DNA of 64,000 nucleotides, taken from contig OU015568.1 of the NCBI GenBank assembly GCA_907165135.1, positions 13,578,001 to 13,642,000 of the forward strand. The letters run 5' to 3'. The DNA is from Oikopleura dioica. Taxonomy: Eukaryota > Animalia > Chordata. Shown piece by piece: positions 1 through 15,400 of the stretch. The notes under the pieces are model-generated. The model had not been told where the DNA came from. It did no database searches and saw nothing but the letters and a program-made list of their open reading frames with translations. The translations under genes were made by a program, and so were the position numbers. Each line of letters starts with the position of its first letter. The first letter of the stretch is position 1.

Positions 1-3000
1 GTTCCAAGAATCTACTGAAACAAGATTCATTGGACTTGGACAGCTTGGGATTTCCCTTGGAGGCGGCGGTGGTTTCCGAGGCAAACGAGCTGCAAACTCG
101 ACACATGGACTGGGAAGATCTCTCATGTCAATGGGAATCGATCGAGGAATTCCTCAAATGGCAGATAGAATCGTTGGTGGTGAAGTATCTGTTGCTGGCG
201 CATGGCCTTGGATTGTTCAAATTGCTGACAATTACGGCCAGTACTGTTCAGGTGTAATCATCGACAAACACTTTGTACTGACAGCCAAGCCTTGCGTCAC
301 AAATAGCAAGCCTGAGGACTTATATGTCATTGTTGGCGGATTCCAGATAAACACCGATGAAGCTACTCGTGCGGTTCACACAATTTCAAGTATTACTTGC
401 AATACAAACGTGATTAATCTGGCTGATGGAATCTGCGTTCTTCACATTGCTCAAGAGATGTACTTTAACAACTATGTCCAGCCAATGTGCCTTCCAGACG
501 AGGACATAAAGTTCAGTGAAGGATCTCGATGCTACATGGCTGGATGGGGAGAAACCATGCTTGACGGAAACAACAACATGCTTCATGAGCTCGACATGCC
601 ACTTTTCAGCGATACTTTGTGCAAAAATCACTTCATGCAGAACAACATTCGAGGCTACTACAATGATATTCACATGTGTGCAGGATATTTTGACCATAGA
701 GGTGCCTGCACAGGTGATGCTGGCGGACCTCTCATGTGTCTCCATGGTGGCATGCCATATTTAGCTGGTATTCTCTCTTGGTCTGAAGGATGCCGACTTG
801 AAAGTACCCCTGCTGTTTTCTCTGACATCAGTTTCCAGAAAGAGTTCATTGATTCTGTTGTTGGGAATCCTTGCATTGGAGAACCATGTCAGAACGGAGG
901 TCACTGTGAAGAAAATGCTGCGGGCGGTTACACTTGTCACTGTGTCGATGATTACTCCGGCGATACTTGTGGAGTTGACCTCAAAATGATTGATGACTGT
1001 GCTGCCGAACCTTGTCAGAATGGAGGCGTTTGTGAGGACGACATCGGTGGATACATTTGCACTTGTCCAGAGGGATTTTATGGCCAATCATGTGAGAACG
1101 CTCAAACATTCTGTAGAGATTCGGATGTCTTCATCACTCAAGGCCCTCGAGCAACATACCCATGGGCAGCATTCTTGATTATGCAGGCTGGTCGGTCTAA
1201 TGTTGGAACTCCTTTCTGTACAGGTTCCATTATTGATGACCGGCATATTCTTACAACTGCAAGCTGCGTATTCAGTACTGACAAGAGCTTAATCGGCATT
1301 CAATATGGAGTGGAAGGACCGAAACCAGTTCTCAGTGAAGCAGTCGATGAAGTCTTTATTCATCCATTATACTCATTCTATGAGTTCAACAGCAAGGCCG
1401 CAGATATTGCCATAATCCGATTATCTCACACAATTGAGTTCAACAACTTTGTTCAACCAGCTTGTCTATCTGACGAAGTTGAAACTGCCGTTGGAAAGCA
1501 ATGCAAGGTACTCGGTATTCAGGGAGATGGAAATATTGGAGAATCGAATGTCAACAACATCGGACTGGATTACTGTGAAAAATGGAACCCAGCATTTGGT
1601 AGGACAATCGATCTTTCTCATTTTTATACGTTTTTAGCTCTCAAAAACACTCACCACAAATGCTTTACGTATGCCGACTCTAATAGAGATATTTGCAATA
1701 GCGGTGTCGGCGCATCCGTCTGGTGCGTCGATGAGCTGATGCAGCCTGTTATTCACGGCCTAACAGCATTTGGCCAGTCTTGCGACGAAGAAGGAACACC
1801 AGGCGTCTCAACCAACATTGGATATTTCCATGCCTGGATCAAACAGATCCTTTCTCACGGCGAAGCTAGCTGTGCTGATAGCGACTGTGAAGGTGTCTGC
1901 GTTGAACAAAAGTACAATGATGAGTTTATTGTTCAATATCCCGGCTACATTTGCCAGGTAAAATAATAAGTAAATACTGAATAATCGAAATTTTATTCAG
2001 GGAGAAAATCCTTGTGAAGATGGGGTCGATACATGTCCAACTCAAAGTACCTGTAATGCTAATCCTGATGAGGAAACTGGCTTCTCATGTGACTGCGCAC
2101 TTGGTCTTAGACTGGACGAAGACATGTGTGTTGACGTTGACGAATGTTTGGAAAACGTTTGTGGCGAAAATCAAACTTGTGTAAATAACGAGGGATCTTA
2201 CGACTGCATATGCAGTGATGGATTCGAAAACACTGACTCTGGATGTGTTGATATCAATGAATGTCTTGAGGAAGGTACTTGTGGCGAAGGCGCTATCTGT
2301 ACAAACAACCTCGGAGCGGCAGCGACTTGCTCATGCCCAGAAGGCCTTGAAGGGAATGCTTACAAAAAGTGCGAACATCCTCCACAGTTCTGCAATCACC
2401 CTAGGGTTGACGGTGCTGTGACAGGAAATGTCGTTCTCACTGGATGTCTTCCACCATTCAAGGATGGTTCTGTGTGCAGCCCGCGATGTGGCCGATCCGG
2501 ATATGTTATCAACACAGGAGTCGATGCTATCACCTGTAACTGTATCGCTCCTGATGGAGGATGTGAGTGGGATGGCAAAGACATTGCGTGCGTTAATCAG
2601 AAACGAATGACAACAGTTCCGCCAACTACCACAACTCAAAGTACTATCCCAACTCTTGCACCAGCGTGCGCCGCACTCAATGAGCTTTACCCAAGCTTCC
2701 CAAAAGTAAGACTTGAATGTGACACTGTAGATGGTCGGCCCACTGATCGCGCCTCATGCAAGGTGTTCTGTGTTACCGGCGGTGCAAGAAGCTCGATGAA
2801 CGAGGTTAATTGCTCATGCAAAGGATCCAAATGCAAATGGCTCGAGTGGAAGGAACTCAAGAAAAATGAAATTGAATGTATCGATCCAAATGCACCGAAG
2901 GAACTAGTTGGCTGCAATTTGAAGAAAGAGATTGGCAAATACATGGGAGAAGGGGTTGTTCTTGGATGCGATAATATAATCTCGTAAGTTTGAGTCTTCC

Positions 3001-3598
3001 GCCCAAGGTGTTGATAAGTTCTATTTAGAAAATCTTGCCCAGTTACATGTGCTGAGCGATCGTTCACCCCCGACTTCAAAAAACTTAACTGTAAATGTAA
3101 AACTAAAAAGGGTAAAACCAAGTGCAAGCTGAAGGAGGCGAAAAAAGTTAAAAAGAAGGGTCTTACATGCGGTAACGGCGTCGGCCGCAAGCGAAAGATT
3201 GGTCGAAACACCCGACCGCGCTTAGACGACTTTTCTTGCCCCAATCCATACGAAAAGTATGGAGAGTCATTTGAATATGGCGTCTTGATGGAATGCGATA
3301 ACTTTGAAGTTGGAGGAAAATGCAATCTTTCATGCAACGGAACTCCAACAGGGCCGGTTAAATAATGATTTTACCTTTCCTAGATTAAAATTTGAAAATC
3401 GATAAAAAATTAAAAACCAAAAAAGTCGCTGAAATAAACTGTGTCTGCGATAGAAATAACAACTGCGACTGGGACAAGCGCAAAATGATGAAGAGGCGCG
3501 TTCGATGTCTTTCAACTGACAGCCGAAAATACGAAAAAATGCTCAAGAAGTACCGCAACCGAGCTGGAAAAGTCAACTGGTGGAATCTTCATCAATAA
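1..3598 (+). CDS. Secreted multidomain protein, 5'-partial: two trypsin-like serine-protease homology domains (both apparently inactive), EGF/Ca-EGF repeats and C-terminal Cys-rich Sushi-like repeats
   Basis: The frame of ORF 125..1966 is open back to base 2. IVGG..AWPW activation motif; LTAKPC and GDAGGPL in domain 1; CxxxPCQNGGxC EGF repeats; GT-AG intron 1958..2000 continues into DVDEC/DINEC Ca-EGF repeats (ORF 2124..2987). Further exons carry CxC....CxW repeats to the stop at 3598. Confidence 0.85.
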
Positions 3599-3645
3599 TT
3601 CAAAATTGTTTTTGATGTAAATAAATATTTCTGAATTCTTCTTAC

Positions 3646-3931
3646 CAATCTACCGACGTTGATGAACTTTGATTGTTGAAGGCGTTTTTGTTGCTCCAGT
3701 GTCTTTTCTTTCTTCTCATAAAAGTCGATGATTTTGATGCGTTGCTGGTTGACAAGCCGACCTTTTTCAATTTGGAATTCTTCATCAGCCTAAAATAAAG
3801 TAAAAAACTCATCGAAATCAAGAAGGAGTTACCTTAGCATAAATCTCTTCGATTTTCTCCTGAGACTCATTCTTGATAAAGGCGATCATATGATCGATTT
3901 GTCGGTTAACATCGTCATCCGAAAGAGTCAT
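3646..3931 (-). CDS. ATP6V1E: V-type ATPase subunit E, first two exons only (81 aa); the rest is not in this window
   Basis: Exons 3931..3833 and 3789..3646 give [68 protein letters not shown], the N-terminus of V-ATPase E. The exon ends at a GTAAG donor at 3645. Confidence 0.9.
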
Positions 3932-4139
3932 TTTTGAACCTCTGAAAATATTCAAAAATATACATTTGGAAGACTGAATAAAGTCATGTTCGGAAATATT
4001 GCACCATTAGCATAAGGAAATATTTGCGGAAATAAACTAAAGAGGGATTGGTAAGTTGGTCAACTGAAAAAGAAATAAATACAGCACATACAGAAATCTT
4101 CAGAGGTTGGCAAAATTCATTCAACTAAAAAGCATTGTT

Positions 4140-5299
4140 TCACTGGTTCTCACACCACGGGGTCTCTTCTTTGTTACACTCTAGTTCCACGTGAAGAATT
4201 TTAACAGGAGTACTGTTAATGTTTAGATCATCAATTCTTGCGACTTTGTGCTTCAGCGTGTGGAATCCGCCTTTGAGGTCGCGTTTGAATTGCTGTTTCT
4301 TCTGATCTCCGATACGCTGAAAACGCGTTATTGTTTGTTTCTCTCACTTGCGAAATGAGGATATTACTCATTTACCTTATAATCTCGTGGACGTTTTACT
4401 TTGTCATGAACGTGTTTAAACGTCTCATAACCAGTGGTTACACCCTTGGGCCGGTGCAACTCAAGACCTGCGTCTCTCATTCGAAGAAACAGCTCATCGT
4501 CCTCTCTTCCCCAGCCCCAGAAATTGTTCGACATTCCATTCACTTTCTTGAAATCCTAAAAGTCACAACTTATTTTTCTGTCTGTCTTGTGGATATCTTA
4601 CGGTATGCGATAACATAAGAATGCCACCGACGTAGTTAGGATAATGATACTTCGGATGAAGATCAGGGGAAGCGATGTGGACGGGACCGTCTTTTGGATA
4701 CTCGTATTTGATCTGGTGAGTTTGTGGAATCAAATCAACATCGTGCATGGCAATGTAGTCGATCTTAAACACGAATAGCTTTTGAATATTTTGATTCGAA
4801 TACCTCTGTATCAAGCGTATACAAAAATCCAGCATTTATAAGGGAAGCTCGATTGAATCGATAACTATCGACTTGATTGACAACGATGATTTCGTGGGGC
4901 ACATTAGCTTCGCTAAATCCAAATTGTTAGAAAATGACAAAAGTGATATTCTTACTTGAGGAAAGAGTGCATCGCTGGAGCAAATTCCATCAACTCATCA
5001 AATCGGTCACGGAATGGGACAATTATCGCGAGTTTATGTCTGCCGAGGGTTTTCTTTATTGGACTGGGGATTGAATCTTCCTTGTGGACCTCTTCATCGG
5101 GACTTTCATGCTCGACTTTGTGATGTTTCTGTTTAGGTTTATCATGTTTTACAATTTTCGGGTGGGCATAACTTCGATCATGACATTTTATCAACTAAAG
5201 AAGGCATATTTTTATTCCCTTTTGAATTGAATGTACCTTTAGCGCCACATAATTGAATAGAACAACTGCGAGGGGAAGTATCAACCTTTGGGGCCTCAT
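4140..5299 (-). CDS. B4GALT7: Xylosylprotein beta-1,4-galactosyltransferase (galactosyltransferase I)
   Basis: [52 protein letters not shown] and C-terminal [11 protein letters not shown]. The first exon [21 protein letters not shown] is a type II signal anchor. Confidence 0.92.
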
Positions 5300-5389
5300 T
5301 CAAACGAATTCATCTACGATTTCTAAATGCAAGAAACAAAATATTTCAGTTTATTCAGGGCAGTTTGAGTTAAATTGAAAGTTTTTGAA

Positions 5390-9050
<3,661 letters not shown>

Positions 9051-9178
9051 TCTTAATGAAGATAGTTTTTGTATTTTCGGTATTTACGGGCAGTTTTTTT
9101 ATTTCTCGCGGGGGGAGAGTAATTGAGTCTAAATGATAATAACTGTAACAGGTTTCAGTTCAGTTATGGAGAAACGGT

Positions 9179-9735
9179 TTAGTATCCACGGCCGTATCCT
9201 CGTCCGCCGCCAGATCCCATCGGAGGTCTCATCTGAGCGCCCATAGGGCCACCGACGCCGGCAACAGGGCCGCCAAGGCCAGTTGGAGCGCCAGGACCGC
9301 CCATACCGCGACCAGCAGCGCGGGCCATTCCCGGGCCACCTGGGCGACCCATCGGCATGTTTGGAACACGGGCAGTGGCGTGCTCCTGTGGTGGGGGACC
9401 ATCGACGGACATCGAGACCAGGTGTTCGCCGCGGAGGAGAACGAGACCCAATGTTCGTTTTTCCTCTCGGATAGCCGTTTCGCCTGAATTCATTTTCTAG
9501 AATTTTACATTCTAGAAAAAATATTACCTTTCTTAGGCTTGATGCGTCTGAATTCGTCGCAGTCGACCAAAATGAGATTCATGTGCTTGTCAAAAGCTAG
9601 AAAAAAAAAGATAAGAAAGGCATTGCAAAGGAAAGTTGTACCTTTGAAAGTTCCAATGAAATTTCTACCGTCTTGTAGTGTAACTCGCATGCGGTAGTTC
9701 AAATAGTTGTTGAGTTTTGATCCTTTGGGAGCCAT
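9179..9735 (-). CDS. SNRPB: Small nuclear ribonucleoprotein SmB/B'
   Basis: [41 protein letters not shown] and [26 protein letters not shown], with a Gly/Pro/Arg-rich tail. Confidence 0.97.
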
Positions 9736-10318
9736 CTTCGCTCACGTCACAAAATTCTAACCTTCTGAAAAACAAAAAATGGTGAAAGTGCGCTAATATT
9801 TTTGAAAAAATGGTATTTCTTTTCAAAATTTTGATCATTTGATCAGTAACTCTCTATTTTCAAGTCCTGCTAAAAGTCTCTTTCCAAAAAAGACGCTGTT
9901 CTGGAAGCTCGATGAAAATATGGAGCGCGCCAAATTCAAAAAAGCTTCGCTTCTTTCAATTTTTCGAGTTAATCGATTTTTATTTTTTTCCAAATTTTTA
10001 CAGTAGAATGGTGAACGCAGGGAATATATGAACATGTGAAAAAGAAGGTAGAATGGTGACATGTTTTTTTAGAAAGTGTGAAAAATACGAAAAGATTCAC
10101 GAAGACACGGTGAAAAGGGGGCGAAAATTTCGAATATCGGGAAAAGCTCAATAAATGTGTGAAAACACCTTATTGGGCTGCATAGGGAAAATGCACAGTA
10201 ACACTCTGAAAATTTGATATTTGCGAAAGGAACGATTCAATAACATTTTTTTGGAATTTTTGAAGATTTTTTTCAATTTTTTTTGGCATTTTTGAAGATT
10301 TGAAGATCAGGCTCAATA

Positions 10319-11383
10319 CCAGAGGACCTCCCATAAATTTTTGATAAAACGTATGAATCTTCTTCTCTTAAGGGTATAGTAATCGCTCAGGCCTACTTTG
10401 AGCTCGTATTCCTCAGCACCTGTAAGTAGTAAAAATTGCCTAAATGGCTAGAATTAAAGATCTATCTTAGATCTTACTATTGACAAGAGCTTTTTTTGAA
10501 ATTCCATCATTTTTACCACGTGACAACCCCTTAAAGTTGGCATCTCGGCCAAAATAGGCTATATAAACGGCCGAACTCCTCCGAAGTTTTCAATAACGTC
10601 CAGATTTTTTTTGCGTGGATTATAAAGATAAGACCCTTATCTTAAAACTGACAAGAGCTTTTTTCGATTACTTAATTTTTTCTTACAAAATTTTTTTCGA
10701 AAATCGATAGTACCCATTTTTGACCGAAACAACCTCCTTAATTGCCCTGAGGGCATGCCCAAACTCCGACGTTTATATACCAGTTTGAAGCCCTGAACAT
10801 AAGCTTTCTAAAAATGTGTCATATGAAGCCCCTCGGAAACTTCTAAATCTGGTCAAAATTTGGCTGTTGGGCAAAATGCATTAAATTTCGCCAATTTCAG
10901 TCGCAATTTCCGGGAAACCGGTTGAAATAGAGAAAAAGTCCATACGGACTTTTTTGTTCAGAATTTCATGAGGATTCTAAAAATCAACTCAGATTAAAAA
11001 TTTGATACTTTGTAAAGAGCGATGACTATACCCTTAATTTTGTCCAAAACGTACCACATTTTCCATAACTTTTGATTTCGCCGTGTGATCATTTTGAATC
11101 TTGAATCACGTCCGCGGATATGACGCGGAATTTTTCATTGCTGCAGTAGTTGTAGTAGTCTTTAATCATCAAAATATTACTCAACAATCAAAATCAGCCA
11201 ATCAGCAGCTTGGACGTGACCTCAAAAATCACGTATATTACGTATATTATGCCATCACGTACCTTTGTAGATCAGACTTGCACACGGCGAAATCAAAAGT
11301 TATGGGAAACGTGGTACGTTTTGGACAAAATTATGAGAAGAAGACTCATACGTTTTATCGAAAATTAAAGGGAGGTCCTCTGG
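10319..11383. mobile_element. Non-autonomous DNA transposon (MITE), Tc1/mariner-type signature, interrupted by a second MITE
   Basis: Imperfect 103-bp TIRs: left 10319..10371 plus 11038..11087, right 11281..11383. TA on both flanks (10317-18, 11384-85). No transposase ORF. Confidence 0.85.
10372..11033. mobile_element. 662-bp MITE with TTAA target-site duplication (Kolobok/T2-like termini) inserted in the left TIR of the outer MITE
   Basis: 17-bp TIRs GGGTATAGTAATCGCTC and GAGCGATGACTATACCC (16/17 match); TTAA at 10368..10371 and 11034..11037. Confidence 0.85.
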
Positions 11384-11541
11384 TACATAACTATTTACAT
11401 TCAAACGCAAGAAAAGTAAATATACGGAAAGAAGCGAAAAAAGAGGGAAACCTTTGGGAGCAATGGAGAAACAAGGAGCTCATGAATATCGGCAATTGAC
11501 TGGTTAACTTCGGTTAGCCGGCGAATCGCCAATTTCGGTGA

Positions 11542-11785
11542 TTAAAGATTGAAGACTCCGTTGAGTTCGTGGCGGATTTGGTGGATCTCCACCAGTCGCT
11601 CCAAGGTTGACGCCTCTGTAAATTGCATCTGAAGGATTTAGTCATGATCGGTGTACAAATGCAATCATTTCCGGTATTCTCAAAGGTCAAAATTTCAAAT
11701 TTACCTGTTGAGCAAGTCTGAGTTGCTCGTTCTTCAAAAGGTTGTCCCAGTTGAGAATGTTTGAGAAAGTAGTTGGTTGTTCCAT
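11542..11785 (-). CDS. Putative 55-aa spliced microprotein, unknown function
   Basis: Exons 11785..11705 and 11628..11542 joined by a phase-0 GT..TTCAG intron (76 nt): MEQPTTFSNILNWDNLLKNEQLRLAQQMQFTEASTLERLVEIHQIRHELNGVFNL. Confidence 0.45.
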
Positions 11786-12492
11786 CGTTTTGTTTTTGTT
11801 GTTTATCAGCTGTTTTCTAAAACGAACAGGGGTTGAAATCAAATTTTGAAGAAGCTGAATAGTTAGAAAGTTGTTTGCAGGAACGGTCTCTGGAATTGCC
11901 AAGGCACAATGGGAGGTAATTATAAGTTATTAAATAAAAGAAGGGGAAATATTGATTTCTCTGATATATAAAAACTCGAAAAAAATAATGAAAGGGGTGC
12001 TTTTGTTAGCGCCAGAAAAGCGTGTCTGCCAACGGCCGTGATCTCGAGGGGAGATCTTCAAAACATGAAAACGGACGTTAGAGGTCGTTCCGGTGCTAAA
12101 TCTGAATGAGCAAATGAACCGCGAATGAACCATTTTCAAGATGCTCGCAGGATACTTAACGGTATTTGCAAAGCGCAATAAAGTAAATTTAAATGTTCTG
12201 AATACTGGGCGAATTTCAGGCTAAGTAAAGAATGAAACTGGAGTACGGAAACTGGAACTCAATAAAAGGAATGATTGATAGTCGAGAGCGTAAAGTTGTA
12301 AAGAAAAAAGGGGAGTTGAAGAAGGAGGAGTATTTCTGATTGAAACTGAAACTTGAAATCTGACTGTAACTACGAGCAACAGTAAAGCAACGTTAAAATT
12401 GCACAAAAAGGTTTTTAATTTATTTATTTCTCTTGCTTTGGTATTTTTTAGCTTGTCCAGGTTGCCAAAAGTAACCTTATCACCTTGATTGA

Positions 12493-15400
12493 TTAATCAG
12501 GCAACCTTTTCCTTTTATAATCTGATAAGCCGATGCCAGGAGAGCCCATCATCGCTGCGTCAAACGTTTTCATGTCCTCCCTCTGGCTCTCAATTAGCAT
12601 CAAAAGCGTGTTTCTTTCGTCGACGTACTGTTGATACTGGTCGATCTTTTCGAAGGGTCAAGAGAGATTTTATAAAATCAAGAAAGAGAACAAGAATTGT
12701 TGAGTTTCTTTATTTATTCTAGTCTGTTTTATTACTTCTGTACATATTTACAGTGCTAGTTTATTTTATTAGACAATGCTATGCTCAATATGTTTAACAT
12801 AAAGAGTGGAGGTACGGCGGAGCTGGTGGTAGCGAGGGAACGAGCACTTTCTGACCCCAGACAAAAGCTGGTCTTCTTTCTTGTCGCGCTCGGATTTTTG
12901 CTTCTCGGGCAGTTTTAGGCGTTCTCTGATCGTCGCAGCCACGGCTTGTTGCTGATCCTGAAAATATAACTTGATCCAAAGCGCTCCTAAGGGATCGATA
13001 AAAAAGAGGAAAATCCAAAGCTGCGGATTTTCACCGAAAATGAACCCTTCAAAAAGTTCAAATCACCACCAAATCACCACTACTTGTATCACCAACATCT
13101 TACAACAGTAGTTAGTTTCGCATATTCATTCAAACAGTAATTGTAACCCAGGCAGAGTTTGAATCAGGCGGTGTTTCGATAAGAATGTCTTCGGGATTTA
13201 CCTCGAGTTGAAGATAGCGTTGCTCGATCATGAGCTCGTTCTCGCGGCGCAAAAGCTGGTTCTTTTCTTCAATAGTTTGGAACCATTGCTCCATGAGTTC
13301 CGTTGAATCGTTGATCGTCTCGCTGCGAATCTGTCGTTCTGAAAACAGGGTTGAAGAAGCTGACTGAATTGAGTGAAACAAACCAATGTTGGCGGACTGT
13401 TCTTCAAGTTGCATTTGGCGAACAGCAACTTCTTCCAACTGTCTTTGAACTGTCTGCGCTTTCAACTGTCTTCTTCGAGTAAGCTAAAATAAGATTTTTA
13501 AATATAGAGGACTTCGGCAAGAATCAAACCTGTTCCATTTCGTAAATATCATCATCAGATTCAGAACTTTGCTCCTTCTCGGGCGTCCAAGTAACCGGCC
13601 TAACAACCCTTGACTTCTAAATGGGCAAATAAATCGATTCTTTTCAAAAAGCACTTACATTCTGTCGCATCTTTATATTTCCATTTGCCTTCTGCGCTGT
13701 TTGTCCTAACTGAATCCTATCTATTCCCTTGACGCTTTCCTCGACAGGATCAGGAATAATCTTCCTTCTGACGGCCGTCTTCCTAGCTACGCCCCTTGTT
13801 GGTGTCACTTGTGGACTCTGAAACGAAGCAAAATGCGGCAGGCTTGCCATTCCAGATTGCATTGATGCTGGAGGACTATCTTGACCGCCTTCTAATATCT
13901 GCGTTTCGAATTCGTCGAAAGGCGAGGTGCTTCGAGGAGAGACAGGAGTCGACGGCATCTTCTTTCTCGGAGTGTCCTCTTCGTCGTTGAGTCGGACAGA
14001 GCGAATAGAAATAGCGGAAGAGTTCAAAGGTAGATTCTTTGAAGAATTCAAAGGCAGGCGGTTAGATGAACGCGAGGAGGTAGACGAAGTAGCAGGCTGA
14101 TCCCAGTCGGAAGAGGAGAGAGCGACGGATATTCGAGATCGAGCTTTGGCGGACACTCGACCAGAGCTAGCAGAACTCGAAGGAGGAGCAGCAATAGAAT
14201 GTCTAGAATTTCTCATTAGCATGTTATTAACTTTCACTATCTTACCGGCTTCCAGGACGGTTATGATTTTCCCCCAGCTGGATTTCACCTCTTGGCGACA
14301 ATTGCGAGCCCGCCGGTGATCTTCGATTCTCTCGCATATGAATTGAGCTTGCTCTACCGCTGCTACTCCTCGCGTCTGACAAGATCATATCCGAATCGTC
14401 GCTTATTCCAGTCTCCGAAATACCCGATAGGTCCAAGGACTCATTTGTACTCAGTGGAGTGAAGGGCTTTGCCGTTTTTGATCGTCGAATTGGGAATTTT
14501 GTCCTTGGTTTCGGTTGAGGAACATTATGCTGCGCGATGATTTCATCAACTTTATCTTGTCGCTCAAGATCAGAGAGCATTTTTGCGTCTGCTTCAGCGA
14601 AATTATCCTTCGGCAATTTCGCGTTTTCTTTAGTGCTCTTTTCTTCGGTGGATTTCTTGACGTGCGATGCCATCGTTGACCTGCGCTTGAGTGAATTCGC
14701 CATTTTTGAAATGCTTTGCTCAAGACTCTTCTTTGCGTTGCTCTTCTTCGAGGGTTTTGAACTTGATTTCCTGACGTCTGAAGCATCTGAGACTTGAGGG
14801 TTCACCAGTGGGGCAGATTGATACGCGTTTTTGATCTGGGTCAAGGTCGTGATAAGCATTAGCAAGTCAGGTTTTGAGCGGACGAAGTCTTTTGCTGCGC
14901 CAATTTTTTGCAAAGAGAACTGTTCCTCGCATACAGAAAGGGCCAGCTCCACTTTCGCCGTTGCGCTCATTTTCTTTGGTGATTCGGAGTTCGCTAGCCA
15001 GTCTGGTCGAATTGATTTGATCAAGTTTAATAATACCGTGCCGGTTTTCCATGGAAGTTCTTGCAACCCACAATTTCTGTACTTCTTTTCAAGCGGCATC
15101 ACAGCCCTCATCCAGTTCAAAACTTGTGTTTCTTGATCTTTCATCGTCCCACAACGAGACCTCTTCGTATTGAACGGATCATTTGGCGCAAGAGATCGTT
15201 TCTTGCCAGATTTGTGATCTTCTTCGACAAACAAAATCGGAACATTCTCACTCCTGTTTCCGATCCCCAGCAAATTGTAACGCGTCTTGGGGTCGATTGT
15301 GTATCCAGCGAACTTTTGGATCAAAGCAGAAGCGCTATTACCCGGATCACATGAGTCGAGAATCTTGTAAATAACTTCCCGCTCCTGAAGAATCTGTTGC

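Noticed and set aside
2687-3337. 216-aa minus-strand ORF
   Set aside because: Antisense shadow of the Lys/Cys-rich exons of the plus-strand pseudo-protease gene; no motif and no V-ATPase E similarity.
11101-11499. 132-aa ORF overlapping the outer MITE
   Set aside because: TTG start and no transposase (DDE) motif; spans the TIR and flank, so incidental.
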